A DNA stretch of 64,000 nt from Planctomycetota bacterium (GTDB taxonomy: Bacteria > Planctomycetota > SZUA-567 > H5-PLA8), in NCBI GenBank assembly GCA_038227875.1, contig JBBRPR010000047.1, forward strand, positions 1-64,000, in the 5' to 3' direction. This document shows, piece by piece, positions 39,545 through 50,056 of the stretch. The notes under the pieces are model-generated. The model ran no database searches. It saw only the letters and a program-made list of their open reading frames with translations, and had not been told where the DNA came from. The position numbers and the translations under genes were made by a program. Position 1 is the first letter of the stretch, and each line of letters begins with the position of its first letter.

Positions 39545-41305
39545 CTATTTCAGCAGCGTCTTGAGAAAATAGTACGGAAACGCGAAGTCGGTATTCAGCG
39601 CGCGCGCCAGAGTTCGGAACTCCTCGGCCTTGGCGGGAAATTCCTGAGCGAGCACGGCCAGCAGCGTGGCCTCCTGCCTCGGCGAGAGCCCCAGGTCGGC
39701 GACAGCTTCCAGCGTTGGTGCGTCCGTGCCGAGAAGTATCGCAGCGATGTTGCCACCGCTTCCGGTCGAGGTCTTGAACAGCGATGCTGCCTTCTGACGC
39801 CACAGCTTCGCCTTCGCGTCATCGCCTTTGCTCTTCCATGCCGCGCTGATTGCCAATGCCCAGAAAGGCTCCGTCTGGCCGTTCAGCGGCATCTGCTCGC
39901 AGAGTTCCTTGATCTTGCCCAGCTCGAAGAGCGTCTGAAAATAGATCTTTGAACCTTTCGGCGCGGTCTTCTCCAGCTCGGCGAAATTGTTGATCGCGTA
40001 GAGCGTGTATTCGAAAAAGCTCTGCCCCAGATTCAAGCCGTCGGCGTTCTGTGCGCCAAGCAGCGCGGCGAAATTTTCGGCCAGGGCCTTGGCATCCGCC
40101 GGTTTGTGCTGCGCGACGAAGACATCGCAGAGATGGATGTTCAACTTGATATCGCCGGGATTGATGGTGAGTTCCCGGCCCAGATCCGCTTCCAGCGCGC
40201 CGTATTCGCCCAGCGCAAAGCGTGCATCATCGAACTGATCGTTGATGTCCTCGTTGTCCGGCGCGAGCGTGTGCGCGAGTTCCAGCTGCGCTTTCGCCGC
40301 TTTCCAATCGCCGCGTGCCACGAAGTACTGCGCCAGTGCCACGCGCGGCCAGATCAATTTCGATGCCTTCTGAATCGCCTGCTCGAAGTACGGCCGAGCG
40401 TGCGCGCCGTCCTTGAAAAGCAGTCCGCGCAGGTAGAGCGCCGGAGCGTTCTCCGGCTCGGCTTTCAAAAGCGCATCGTAAACCTCGGCGAGTTCCTCGC
40501 GCTCCTGATCGGTGGCGGTCATCTGCAGGAAGATGCGGTGCCACTCCGGTTCCAGAGGCCGGACTTTCAATCGTTCTTTCACAAACGCGTGAGCCTGCAC
40601 AGCCGCCGGCGTGCCGGCCGTGATCGCCAGGTACAATTCCAGCGTGCGCGTATCTTCGGGATGCAATTTCAATTGCCATTCGGCCAGGCGGACGGCGTCG
40701 GCATCCTTTTTGTCGGAAAGCATCCGCACGATGACCTTGGACACCGGCTCCTCAACGAGTCCAATGCGCGAACGCGAGACATTGCCGTCGTGATTGGCGT
40801 TGATCGTTTTTGGAAACGGCAGGAAGGCGTAATCGACGTCGGGAAACTGGAGATACGGCTGGCCGAAGAGGAATTCAAATGATCCGCCACCATTGGGCAG
40901 CTGTACTTTGGTGTAGACCACGGTCTCGTGTGTCAGCAGGCTGGTGCCGCCGGGGTTGAGAACGAATAGTGGCGTGCTGAAAAATCGATCGAAGAATCCA
41001 GAAGAAAGGGTGATGTCCAATTCGTCGGTAAGCCCGCCGCTGATGACAACGTGATGCGGCCCTTCGGCAATGGGCACAGTCGTCGGAAATGGTCCGCTGA
41101 GCGTCGTGGTCGCTCCGCCATCGATCGTAACGGTCACCGGCTCTTTCAAGCCGCTGATGAGATGCAGCGTGCGATGGCGCGCGATGTACTGGTTGGCGCC
41201 GAATACGCCCAGAACGATGGCGGCAAGCAGCCCGATCAGCGCGACGGGCACTTTGCGTTTGGGTTTGGGCAGGGCGAATGAATTTTGGAGTGGCGCGTCG
41301 GCCAT
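39545..41305 (-). CDS. Membrane-anchored TPR protein
   Basis: One TM; beta-rich domain; TPR-like LKAEPENAPALYLRG, AHTLAPDNED. Confidence 0.75.
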   Translation of the reverse strand: MADAPLQNSFALPKPKRKVPVALIGLLAAIVLGVFGANQYIARHRTLHLISGLKEPVTVTIDGGATTTLSGPFPTTVPIAEGPHHVVISGGLTDELDITLSSGFFDRFFSTPLFVLNPGGTSLLTHETVVYTKVQLPNGGGSFEFLFGQPYLQFPDVDYAFLPFPKTINANHDGNVSRSRIGLVEEPVSKVIVRMLSDKKDADAVRLAEWQLKLHPEDTRTLELYLAITAGTPAAVQAHAFVKERLKVRPLEPEWHRIFLQMTATDQEREELAEVYDALLKAEPENAPALYLRGLLFKDGAHARPYFEQAIQKASKLIWPRVALAQYFVARGDWKAAKAQLELAHTLAPDNEDINDQFDDARFALGEYGALEADLGRELTINPGDIKLNIHLCDVFVAQHKPADAKALAENFAALLGAQNADGLNLGQSFFEYTLYAINNFAELEKTAPKGSKIYFQTLFELGKIKELCEQMPLNGQTEPFWALAISAAWKSKGDDAKAKLWRQKAASLFKTSTGSGGNIAAILLGTDAPTLEAVADLGLSPRQEATLLAVLAQEFPAKAEEFRTLARALNTDFAFPYYFLKTLLK

Positions 41306-41327
41306 GGCGGATTCCAGAACTGAAGTG

Positions 41328-41359
41328 CTCCCTCTTTCCGCGGGCGCGGAAAGAGGGAG
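41328..41359 (-). terminator. Strong hairpin downstream of the oxidoreductase gene
   Basis: CTCCCTCTTTCCGCG-gg-CGCGGAAAGAGGGAG. Confidence 0.6.
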
Positions 41360-41371
41360 TCTGCGTTCGTG

Positions 41372-42364
41372 CTATTTGTACTTGGCCTTTACGCCGGTTC
41401 CCTTGCGCGCGGAGATGCCGGCATAATCGAGCACCTGAATGACGCGGCGCGCCCATTCCGGCGTGATGATCAGCTTCTTGCCGTGGAAGAGATGGTCGTG
41501 CACATTTTTGTAATAGTCCGAATTTCGGTTGGGTTCCATCGGCACGGAGGTCTTGACGCGCGCACCGTTTTCGTCCTTGGTGAAGATATCGCAGCTGCCG
41601 TGCGTTGCGACGATTGCGCCCTTGGTCCCGGTGATGCGGATCATGTCCTTGCCGGACATGCAGATGTCAGAGGCCGTGTGCGAAGCGACGGCATTGCCGC
41701 CGAAGCGGACGACAGCTTCCATTTCATCTTCGTTGGTGAACTTCTTCCAGACTTCCTTGACCATGTAACCGTTGATCTCTTTCATGTCGTAGTCCATCAC
41801 CTGCAGCATCCACTCGCAGAAATGCGCGCCCCAGTCGTAGATGATGCCGCCGGAGATGTCCTTGTAGCTGCGCCACCATTCGCGCGGCTCGTTGTAACCG
41901 CCGGCGTGCGATTCCCAGCGGAACGGGCGGCCGATCTTCTTCAGGTGCTTCATGATGGTGAGAATGTTCGAATCCCAGTGGCGGTTGTGATAGGTCGAGA
42001 GCAGCACCTTCTTGCGTTTCGCGGCGGCGATCATGTCGTCGCATTCCTGGACGGTGATCGCGAAGGGTTTTTCCACCACGACGTGACGGCCGGCGTTGAG
42101 ACATTGAATCGCGACCTTGGCGTGGACGTTGTGCGGGAGAATGATGACGAGCAATTCCACGTCCGACTTCTTGAGCATCGTCGCGACGTCCGTGTACGTT
42201 TGCACGCCGGGGAAATCCTTTTCGGCGATCTTAACGCGTTCCGGATCGAGATCGCAAACCGCCGAAGGGACAAAGCCCTTGTTCTTGATCATGTCATTGA
42301 TGTGGTGCTTGCCCATGTTGAAAGCACCGCCGTAGCCGATCGTGCCGACCTTGATTTGCTTCAC
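41372..42364 (-). CDS. Gfo/Idh/MocA oxidoreductase
   Basis: VGTIGYGG; HVVVEKPF; YHNRHWD; GGIIYDWGAH. Confidence 0.93.
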   Translation of the reverse strand: MKQIKVGTIGYGGAFNMGKHHINDMIKNKGFVPSAVCDLDPERVKIAEKDFPGVQTYTDVATMLKKSDVELLVIILPHNVHAKVAIQCLNAGRHVVVEKPFAITVQECDDMIAAAKRKKVLLSTYHNRHWDSNILTIMKHLKKIGRPFRWESHAGGYNEPREWWRSYKDISGGIIYDWGAHFCEWMLQVMDYDMKEINGYMVKEVWKKFTNEDEMEAVVRFGGNAVASHTASDICMSGKDMIRITGTKGAIVATHGSCDIFTKDENGARVKTSVPMEPNRNSDYYKNVHDHLFHGKKLIITPEWARRVIQVLDYAGISARKGTGVKAKYK

Positions 42365-42539
42365 GAACGCAGTCCTCCGAGGGGGAACCAGCGAAAAAGA
42401 AAAAGTGGGTTCGCTAAAGAGTAAAATTGTCGCCGGGAAAGTCCATGCGATTTGTACCGCGTACCGCCGGCATCGTGCTGGCGTGTCTTTAAAATCCCCG
42501 CAGGCTTGAAGCCTGCGGTGCGACGGCTACACTCTCGCC

Positions 42540-43868
42540 ATGAAGCGCCCGCGGATCCTCCTTCTCAATCCTGCGATTTACGATTTCTCCGCTTACGATT
42601 TCTGGCTGAAGCCGTATGGCATGCTGCGCGTCGCTGGATTTCTGCGCGACCAGGCCGATCTGCGCATGTTCGATTACCTCGACCGTCTTCATCCGGAAGT
42701 CCCGCAGGACCGGCGTTACCGATTGGACAAATGGGGCCGTGGCGAATTTCATTCCGAGCCGCTGCCGCGCCCGGCGGTGCTCGACGACATTCCACGCCAC
42801 TACCACCGCTTCGGATTGCCGCGGCGCGTCTTCCATGAATTCTTAAAACGTGAAGCGCCGTTTGATGTCGTGCTGATTCAGACGGTCATGACCTATTGGT
42901 ATCCGGGCGTGCGCGAGGCGATCGAGGATGTCCGCGCGCTCTGCCCCGGCGCGAAAATCGTGCTCGGCGGCGTCTACGCGACGCTCTGCCCGCAGCACGC
43001 GGCGAGTTTGGGCGTGGACCTGATTGTCGACGGCCTGAATCTCGACCCGCTCTGGAAATTCGTGGGCCTTGCGCCTGACGTATCGAAGCTGCCATTCTGG
43101 GACGACTACGCGACGCTGAACACCGGCGTGCTGAAACTCGCCGACGGTTGTCCGTTCAAATGCACGTACTGCTCGGTGCCGCAGGTCTATCCGACGTTCC
43201 AATCACGCCCGCTCGAACGCTCGCTGGCGGAATTCGATTTTCTCTGCGAACGCGGCGTCGAGAACATTGCCTTCTACGACGATGCGCTGCTCTTTCAGCC
43301 CGAACGCATCCTGATTCCGTTCCTCCAGGAAGTGATGAAGCGCGATCGCAAGATCCAGTTCAGTACGCCGAATGCCTTGAACGCGCGTTTCATCAGCAAG
43401 GAACTCGTCGAGCTGATGGTCGCGGCCGGTTTCAAAATTTTCTATCTGGGCTTCGAGAGCAACGCATACGAATGGCAGAAGAAGACTGGCGGAAAGGTCT
43501 ATTCACACGAACTCGAACAGGCGATCACGAATCTCGAGCAGGCCGGTGCGGACATCAACCAGATCAGCGCGTACTTGATTCTCGCGCACCCGCAAGCCGA
43601 TCAGCAGAACGTCGAAGCCTCGATGCGCTTTGCCAGCAGCCTCGGCATCCGCGTGATGCTCTCTGAATTCTCGCCGATTCCCGGCACGCCCGACGGTGAA
43701 TTCTGCCGCCAGTGGATCAACCTCGACGAGCCGCTGAACCACAGCAAGACGAGCTTCCCCATCCGGCATCTCGGCCTCGAGGAGGTGAATCGCATGAAAT
43801 CGTTGTCGAAGGAATTGAATCAGGACGTGCAACAAAAACGCATTGTCGTGGATCCCACAAAAGTGTGA
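42540..43868 (+). CDS. B12-binding-domain radical SAM protein
   Basis: GCPFKCTYC (CxxxCxxC); IVLGGVYATL; FYDDAL; TPNALNAR; LGFES. Confidence 0.92.
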   Translation: MKRPRILLLNPAIYDFSAYDFWLKPYGMLRVAGFLRDQADLRMFDYLDRLHPEVPQDRRYRLDKWGRGEFHSEPLPRPAVLDDIPRHYHRFGLPRRVFHEFLKREAPFDVVLIQTVMTYWYPGVREAIEDVRALCPGAKIVLGGVYATLCPQHAASLGVDLIVDGLNLDPLWKFVGLAPDVSKLPFWDDYATLNTGVLKLADGCPFKCTYCSVPQVYPTFQSRPLERSLAEFDFLCERGVENIAFYDDALLFQPERILIPFLQEVMKRDRKIQFSTPNALNARFISKELVELMVAAGFKIFYLGFESNAYEWQKKTGGKVYSHELEQAITNLEQAGADINQISAYLILAHPQADQQNVEASMRFASSLGIRVMLSEFSPIPGTPDGEFCRQWINLDEPLNHSKTSFPIRHLGLEEVNRMKSLSKELNQDVQQKRIVVDPTKV

Positions 43869-43880
43869 ATCAATCACCAG

Positions 43881-43910
43881 CGGGCTGGAATGCTTGCGCA
43901 TTCCAGCCCG
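43881..43910. terminator. 13-bp-stem hairpin between convergent genes
   Basis: CGGGCTGGAATGC-ttgc-GCATTCCAGCCCG. Confidence 0.65.
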
Positions 43911-43946
43911 TGGATGAATGGTTGTGGGGAGTCGGTGTCTCTCGAA

Positions 43947-44372
43947 TTACTTCGCGGACATCGAGCTATCGGTCGTCTTGAAATCTTCAGCAGGCTTGGG
44001 CTGTTCGATCTTCGCGACGGATTTCTTGCTCTTCGACGCGCCGTGTTTTGACGTCTTGTGCTTGGTGACGGACTTTGTCGACGCAGGAGCGGCTTTCTTG
44101 GTGGCTGCACTCATCGCAGCGACATGCTTCTTCGCACCGCCATGCTTCACCGCGGTTTTTGCCATCGGTTTGACGTCGGACTTCGGCGCGGCAACCGTGG
44201 CTGACGCGGCAGCCGGCGTGGTCGCAGCCTTGTGCGTGGCGGCGGCGGCGTGCTTTTTGGCTTTGTGATGCTTCGCTTGCGTGCCCGCCAGCACTCCCGA
44301 AGCGGGAGCCAGAACCAACGCGGCACAAATTGACGGAACGGTGATCCACTTGCAAAGTGACAGTAATGTCAT
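43947..44372 (-). CDS. Small secreted Lys/Ala/His-rich protein
   Basis: Signal-like N-terminus then KHHKAKKHAAAA..KHGGAKKH; GGGGA RBS. Confidence 0.6.
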   Translation of the reverse strand: MTLLSLCKWITVPSICAALVLAPASGVLAGTQAKHHKAKKHAAAATHKAATTPAAASATVAAPKSDVKPMAKTAVKHGGAKKHVAAMSAATKKAAPASTKSVTKHKTSKHGASKSKKSVAKIEQPKPAEDFKTTDSSMSAK

Positions 44373-44441
44373 CCGATATTCCCCCCAACCTGCCCGACTC
44401 ATTCGGGCAGTCCCACGTAAATTATCGGCATCGTGGAGGGG

Positions 44442-44690
44442 TTACTTTAAGCCTTTAGGCCTGGCATTTGGACGTTTCATTTTTCCGAGGATAAACGTGG
44501 TCGAACCGTTGTGGTGATGATGCGCTTCCAGCGCCGCCCGCACGTCGATCATGCGAAAGCGGTGTTCCCCGCTGGCGGTAAAGCAGACCACCAGCCGCCG
44601 CTTGCTGATCCAGCGGTGGACGACCATCTCCGGAACATCGCAATAATCGGCGACGTCCTGTAGGGTCATGAGGTGATCGTGATCGGACAT
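44442..44690 (-). CDS. Small MerR/excisionase-like HTH DNA-binding protein
   Basis: LMTLQDVADYCDVPEMVVHRWI...TASGEHRFR..DV. Confidence 0.75.
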   Translation of the reverse strand: MSDHDHLMTLQDVADYCDVPEMVVHRWISKRRLVVCFTASGEHRFRMIDVRAALEAHHHHNGSTTFILGKMKRPNARPKGLK

Positions 44691-44756
44691 GCCCGTAACT
44701 TACGGGCTGGGCGGAAATGAGTCAATGGGTCGTTATGCCCTGCAGTAAGCTCTGTG

Positions 44757-46907
44757 TTACGGTTTAAACGTCAACACGGCCGCTTCGTTCATCTTCCATT
44801 TCACCTTGAACGAATCGCCGCTACCGAGACTTTTTCCGCTGCGTTCGTCGGTGACGTCGCTGATCGGCTTTTTAAATTTCAGCGTGATTTCGGTGTCGTC
44901 GGATTTCAGGCCCGTGGAGTTTCCGCCGCCTTCGTTGCTGCCGACGACTTCCGGGTTGAAGCAGACGAACAGCAGTGTGCGGCCGGCTTTGTTCCAGTAG
45001 GTGATCTCGTAACCGAATTCCTTCGCGCCGGCGTTTTCGATTTCGACCCAGCGTTTTACGCCCGCGGACTTCACGTGCTTCATGAAGACCTCGCGCTTTT
45101 TGGCCTCTTCGAAGCCCTTCGTGCGGTAGGCGTTGTACCAGAGCGGCGACAGATTCATCAACACCGCGTTGCCCTTGCCGAATGTGTTGGCGTGGTCGAC
45201 GGCCATCTCACGCACCGCCTTGTCGTAGCCGGAGGCATCCTTGATGCTGCCGTTCTGGTTGGTGAGCAGTTCCTCATAGGTCTTGTAGCTGTAGTTGGCG
45301 TCCTGGTTGGTCTCGCACCACAACTTGCCGCCGAAGAGATCCGCCGATTTCCACGCGGGGTTGTGCTTCACGCCGAACATGTCGTCGAGCACGCCGCCGT
45401 TGGGCCGGCCCTTGCCGTGCTGATCCCAACAACCGGGCAGGAAGTCGGCGATCACCGTGCCGCCATTGGTGCAGAATTCCTTGATCCTCTTCGCTTCAAT
45501 GTCCGAGAGGCAGTACGTACCGGGAAGGATCAGCACCTTGTATTCCTTCGGCACGCCGTTCTGAATGACGTCGGCGTAGTTGATGAAGGAATACTGGATG
45601 CCTTCATCGCGGAGCATGTTCTCCCACGCGTGCCGGCCCAGGTGCGAACTGCCGAGGTGCGCGTCGTTTTTACGGTTGATCCAGGTCTTGCCGTGGCTTT
45701 CCGCATCGAGAACCCAGCACAGCTGAATCGACGGATGGCTGTAGTAGATCGCGACGCCGTCATGGATCCACTCCGACTTCACCTGCAGTTCGCTGATCTT
45801 GGTCTCGACTTCCTTGAAGTTCGGCGCGATTTCGTGCGTCCACGGCTTGGGCGTGGTGCCATCGAACCATTTCTCTACCCAGCCGATGAACCCGCGGTTG
45901 CCGTGCGAGACGTAGTACCAGAGCTGCCAGATGTCGTCGTCGGTCTTGCTGTGGAAATGGGTGGTTACCGTGGGCATCGCGTTCTTGACGTTGAACGAGC
46001 GCACGACCGCCTGCGAACCGCCGATATTGTAGGCCTCCAGCCACTGTACTTTCCGCATCAACTTGGCGTAGTCGTATCCGCCGAACGCATTCGGGCACTG
46101 GCCGCCTTCAAAGCCCACCGGAATTCCTGGATCCGCGGTGTTGGTATACTCGACCAGCTCGCCGAGAAAATTGCCCCACATCGAATCGTTGAACGTCAGC
46201 TGATCCATGAACTGGCTGGCGTCGAATGTGCCGATGGTCCAGCTGCGGAGCTTCGGCAGAACATCGTTGTACGTAATCCAGCCCGCATGCTTCGGTGCCT
46301 TGTCCTTGCCATAAATCTCTTCCAGCCAGGAGTGGTAGGCGCCATCGTCGGCGACCTGCCAGCCGATCGGCTTGATGAACGAGCCCCAGCTGATTTCGTC
46401 ATCCAGACCGTAGGCGGTGCGGTAAGGCGAGGACTTCACCGCCTCGACGTTCTTTTTGATGATGCCTTCGACTTCCTTAACCAGCGCGTCATTGAGCATC
46501 TTGGGGCGCTTCATTCCCGCGGCATCGCCCTTGAATTTGTCCATGTTGCGCAGGTAAAGATAGCCCTTGGAAGCGGTATGGTCCTGGTAGAAGCGCAGCT
46601 TGAACTTGTTGATCCACTCCAGGTTTTTCGTATCGCCGTTGTCCAGGAACGCGCCGTTGAAACCGTTGTCGACGGAGAATTTTCCGCCCTCGTCATTAAA
46701 ACCAATGTCCCAGTGCGCGTACCAGGGCATGTAGATCCAGGATGGCCAGGCCTTGGCCAGCGTTTCGGGATCCTGGTTGACGCGTTTAAAATCCTTGCTC
46801 GTTTTAATGTAGTTCTCGTACGGATCGCCGGCGCTGTCTTCAGCACGAACAACGCTCCAGGAAATCCCGACGACGACGGCCAATACCAGCATCAGGCGAA
46901 CATTCAT
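44757..46907 (-). CDS. Secreted GH42-like protein with beta-galactosidase trimerisation domain
   Basis: Signal peptide; YGLDDE; VAIYYS; YKVLILP..CLSD.EA..IKEF..NGGTVIAD..PG. Confidence 0.7.
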   Translation of the reverse strand: MNVRLMLVLAVVVGISWSVVRAEDSAGDPYENYIKTSKDFKRVNQDPETLAKAWPSWIYMPWYAHWDIGFNDEGGKFSVDNGFNGAFLDNGDTKNLEWINKFKLRFYQDHTASKGYLYLRNMDKFKGDAAGMKRPKMLNDALVKEVEGIIKKNVEAVKSSPYRTAYGLDDEISWGSFIKPIGWQVADDGAYHSWLEEIYGKDKAPKHAGWITYNDVLPKLRSWTIGTFDASQFMDQLTFNDSMWGNFLGELVEYTNTADPGIPVGFEGGQCPNAFGGYDYAKLMRKVQWLEAYNIGGSQAVVRSFNVKNAMPTVTTHFHSKTDDDIWQLWYYVSHGNRGFIGWVEKWFDGTTPKPWTHEIAPNFKEVETKISELQVKSEWIHDGVAIYYSHPSIQLCWVLDAESHGKTWINRKNDAHLGSSHLGRHAWENMLRDEGIQYSFINYADVIQNGVPKEYKVLILPGTYCLSDIEAKRIKEFCTNGGTVIADFLPGCWDQHGKGRPNGGVLDDMFGVKHNPAWKSADLFGGKLWCETNQDANYSYKTYEELLTNQNGSIKDASGYDKAVREMAVDHANTFGKGNAVLMNLSPLWYNAYRTKGFEEAKKREVFMKHVKSAGVKRWVEIENAGAKEFGYEITYWNKAGRTLLFVCFNPEVVGSNEGGGNSTGLKSDDTEITLKFKKPISDVTDERSGKSLGSGDSFKVKWKMNEAAVLTFKP

Positions 46908-46934
46908 GGTCGGGTCAATCCTCTGGAGTTTGAG

Positions 46935-48908
46935 TTACTTTACGCCGTACTCAACGTACACCGTCTCGGCGGCTTTACCGGTGGTCAGGGTCCACGACGC
47001 GTCTTCTTCGCCGGGCTTGGTGGTGTAGGTGTGCGATTCGGTCTTGATCTCGCCGCCGGCTTCTCGCCAGCCAAACGTCACGTCCACAGGAGCCGGCGAG
47101 GGGACGTCGTACACCAGATGCATTTCCGCGCGGATCACCGGCTTGCCCGCGCTGTTGCTGAACTTCACGCGGACCGGGCCGTCGACGTTTTCCAGCGGCA
47201 CGTCGCCGTAGCACATGCTCTGGCTCCAGAAATCATCGGGTTCCACGCCGCGCCGCAGGATACGCCAATCCTTCACGACCGGCTTCCACGTCTTGCCTTC
47301 GTCGGTGGAGTACTCGATCTGGTACGTGACTTCCTGTTTCGGCGGGTTGCTCGAACCGACGTGCGCCATGGCGAAAAGCTGCACGGCCTTTTCCTTGCGC
47401 GGCGTGGCCAGCTGCAACGTCACCGTTGGTGTGTTCAACGCGCCGTCGACAATATGCGGCTCAACCTGCCCGATGTTCGGGCCGGCTGAAACGAACGCGT
47501 GTCCGCTGGCGCTGTAGGTGATCTTGTTTGCGCCGTCCTTCAGACGCGGAATGATCGTCTGTCCGCACTGGCAGACGGTGCGGATCGACAATCCGGAATC
47601 CGCAAGCGCTGACGCGGACGCTTCGAAGCGCAGCCAGTATTGGAACGTGCCCTTCACGAGGTCGGTCAGGTCGAGCGGCTCTTTGGCGTCGCCGGAAGTT
47701 GGCGCATCGAGCCAAGTCTTGCCCTGGTCGATGGAGACTTTGACGGCGCAGTTGAGCTTGCCCTTGATCACGAGGCCGTTCTTGTTGCCGGCATCGTAGT
47801 TGCCCCACGGCACGGCCTGGTTCTTTTCGTCGACCATTTTCGGGGGAGTCCCGCCAATAATGTACGGCGAGTAAAATTCAAAAGTCACGTGCTTGTCGTC
47901 CTCATCGACGACGCCTTCCTTGTATGTGCTGTTGGCGAAATTCGGCGTGTAGGTGTAGATCGCGTTGCCGTGACGGGCCTGGCCCTGGATCCAGCCGGTG
48001 CCATTCTTCGAGCGGTACATTTTTTCGGGCTGATTGACCCACGTGCGGCTGCGTTCCGGGCCGGGGATGCCCTTGGCCATGAAATTCTGGCCCCAGAACA
48101 CGAACGTCTTGCCGTCTTCCAGTCCGGGCTGAATGTAGCGGCGCAGTGTTTCGCCCGAGCGCAGATTGACCATCGGCGGCGGGCCGTAGTAACCGAATTC
48201 GTACGAGACATTTTTGAAATCGTCGTACGCTTGCGGATCCTTGTCGTGCAGCCCGCCAATGCGCCAGCCGTGCTGCTTCTCCGGCTTGAAGGACGGATTG
48301 GTGAAGTTGTCGAAGCCCGCCTTGATTTCCTTGATCGAGAGCAACTGCTTGCCGTCTTCGCTGTAAACGACCGTCGAGATGTCGTGATCGAGCAGCACCC
48401 ACTTGCCTTTTTCGTACGGTCCGCCGGTCAGGAAGACTTCGAAGCTCGTGTGTCCCGGCACGCCGACGGCCCGCGCGCGGCAATGGCCCAATAGCTTTTC
48501 CATTTCGCCGCACCACTGTGAATGCGTGGTGAAGCAGAGGCTATAGCCAAAGCCGAACAGGCCGCGCCAGTATTCACGGTTGTTGTCCGACTTCGAAAAA
48601 CCTTTGGCGAGGTAATCGCATTTGCCGTCGTCGGAATGCGTGTAGTTCAGATTTCGCCAGTACCACGCCGCCAGCGCCTTGTCTTCATCGCTATCAACTC
48701 CGCGGCCCGTGGTCTTTTTGTAAAGCGCCGCTTCGGTCTTGAACAGCCGCTCGAATGTCGAGCAGGAAAGTTCGCCGGGATACCATGGGTGATCGGTCAT
48801 CACCTGCGGATCGCCCGTCGCGCCGAGCGCCAGTTTTGAAATCGAACACAGCAGCAGACACGGCAGCAATGCCGCCCATGCGCCGCGACGCGTGCACGCA
48901 TTTTTCAT
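46935..48908 (-). CDS. Secreted protein with transglutaminase-like Cys-His-Asp motifs
   Basis: Start MKNACTRRG (ATGA overlap); GFGYSLC, GHTSFEV, WVLLD. Confidence 0.7.
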   Translation of the reverse strand: MKNACTRRGAWAALLPCLLLCSISKLALGATGDPQVMTDHPWYPGELSCSTFERLFKTEAALYKKTTGRGVDSDEDKALAAWYWRNLNYTHSDDGKCDYLAKGFSKSDNNREYWRGLFGFGYSLCFTTHSQWCGEMEKLLGHCRARAVGVPGHTSFEVFLTGGPYEKGKWVLLDHDISTVVYSEDGKQLLSIKEIKAGFDNFTNPSFKPEKQHGWRIGGLHDKDPQAYDDFKNVSYEFGYYGPPPMVNLRSGETLRRYIQPGLEDGKTFVFWGQNFMAKGIPGPERSRTWVNQPEKMYRSKNGTGWIQGQARHGNAIYTYTPNFANSTYKEGVVDEDDKHVTFEFYSPYIIGGTPPKMVDEKNQAVPWGNYDAGNKNGLVIKGKLNCAVKVSIDQGKTWLDAPTSGDAKEPLDLTDLVKGTFQYWLRFEASASALADSGLSIRTVCQCGQTIIPRLKDGANKITYSASGHAFVSAGPNIGQVEPHIVDGALNTPTVTLQLATPRKEKAVQLFAMAHVGSSNPPKQEVTYQIEYSTDEGKTWKPVVKDWRILRRGVEPDDFWSQSMCYGDVPLENVDGPVRVKFSNSAGKPVIRAEMHLVYDVPSPAPVDVTFGWREAGGEIKTESHTYTTKPGEEDASWTLTTGKAAETVYVEYGVK

Positions 48909-50056
48909 GAAAGTCTCCGGGGTTTCTCCGGCGGTTCGATCCGCCACGGAAGTTTGAATGTTTGGGGTGGAAGATTGGGCTGCTCCAGTCGCGCCAGCAT
49001 GCGCCGGCCGGCGACGCGACCGAGTTCCGTCCAGTCTTCGAGAATCCGCCACGTGGAGCGGCCCTGCTCGCTCAGCGCGTCTGTGCCGTCTGTGACAAAG
49101 ACCGGAAATTCACCCGGCTCGCGCCCCTGTGAAAGCAGGAATGCAGAAATCTGCTGCATGCAACCGCCGGCCTCGCAGAAGACCGCCGTCGGCGGCAGTG
49201 GCCGGGAGAAAATCTGCTGATACATCGCCTCGGGGGAACTCCAGAACGGATGCGGCGGCTGAAAGAATAAATCTTCCGGCGGCGCGATGCCGGCGGTCTG
49301 AAATGCGCGGCGCAGACCTGCCAGTCGTTCCAGCGAATTTTGATCGGGACACGCCACTGGATTGATGTTGCGCGTCGCGTGTCCGAAAAACGCGATGCGC
49401 CGGTGACCCAGCTCGATCAGCCGGCGCGTGGCATCATAGGCGCTCGCTTCACAATCCTGGACCACGTAGTCCGTCGGCGCTTCGGCTTCGAAGTGGAATT
49501 CCAATCCGATCACCGGAATACCGCCCTTCAACAGCCGCACGAAGTATTCCGGGTTCATCACGTTCATCGCGAAGATTCCGTCCACTGGCTTGGACAGCGC
49601 TTCTTCCGGCGTCAGCACCCGGCCCGCCTTGGAATTCTTGATGCCGATCACCGTCACGGCATAATCCGCGGCGATCAGCGTCGCCTGGATGCCTCCGAGG
49701 ATCGAGCCGTAAAACGGATCGGAGAGCGGTTGGTTGGTCTCCTGGCTGCACAGTACGCCGATGCACTGCGTCGCGACGCGTCCACGGCGCTCGGAGATGA
49801 ACGTGCCTTTGCCCTGATGACGCTCGAGCATGCCTTCGCGGACGAGATCGTTCAACGCGCGCGCGACGGTCACGCGGCTGACCCCGAACTCACGTGCAAG
49901 CTCGACTTCGGGAGGAATTGAAGTGCCGGCCGGCTGTGCTCCGTGTCGCTGCAGAATCATGGCGCGGATGAATTCGTGCTTCTTTGCGCCGCCGCCACCA
50001 CCACTACCAGTGGGGGTGCTGGTCCCTGCAGCCGCTTCCCGTTTCGCGTTCATCAT
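48905..50056 (-). CDS. GntR-HTH/LacI sugar-binding hybrid regulator (AraR type)
   Basis: PPEVELAREFGVSRVTVARAL..GKGTF; PFY; VDGI; LIELGHRRIAF; RLAG; PPTAVF. Confidence 0.9.
   Translation of the reverse strand: MMNAKREAAAGTSTPTGSGGGGGAKKHEFIRAMILQRHGAQPAGTSIPPEVELAREFGVSRVTVARALNDLVREGMLERHQGKGTFISERRGRVATQCIGVLCSQETNQPLSDPFYGSILGGIQATLIAADYAVTVIGIKNSKAGRVLTPEEALSKPVDGIFAMNVMNPEYFVRLLKGGIPVIGLEFHFEAEAPTDYVVQDCEASAYDATRRLIELGHRRIAFFGHATRNINPVACPDQNSLERLAGLRRAFQTAGIAPPEDLFFQPPHPFWSSPEAMYQQIFSRPLPPTAVFCEAGGCMQQISAFLLSQGREPGEFPVFVTDGTDALSEQGRSTWRILEDWTELGRVAGRRMLARLEQPNLPPQTFKLPWRIEPPEKPRRLS

Noticed and set aside
44442..44690. Prophage or ICE boundary suggested by the excisionase-like HTH
   Set aside because: No integrase, att repeats, tRNA or phage genes nearby
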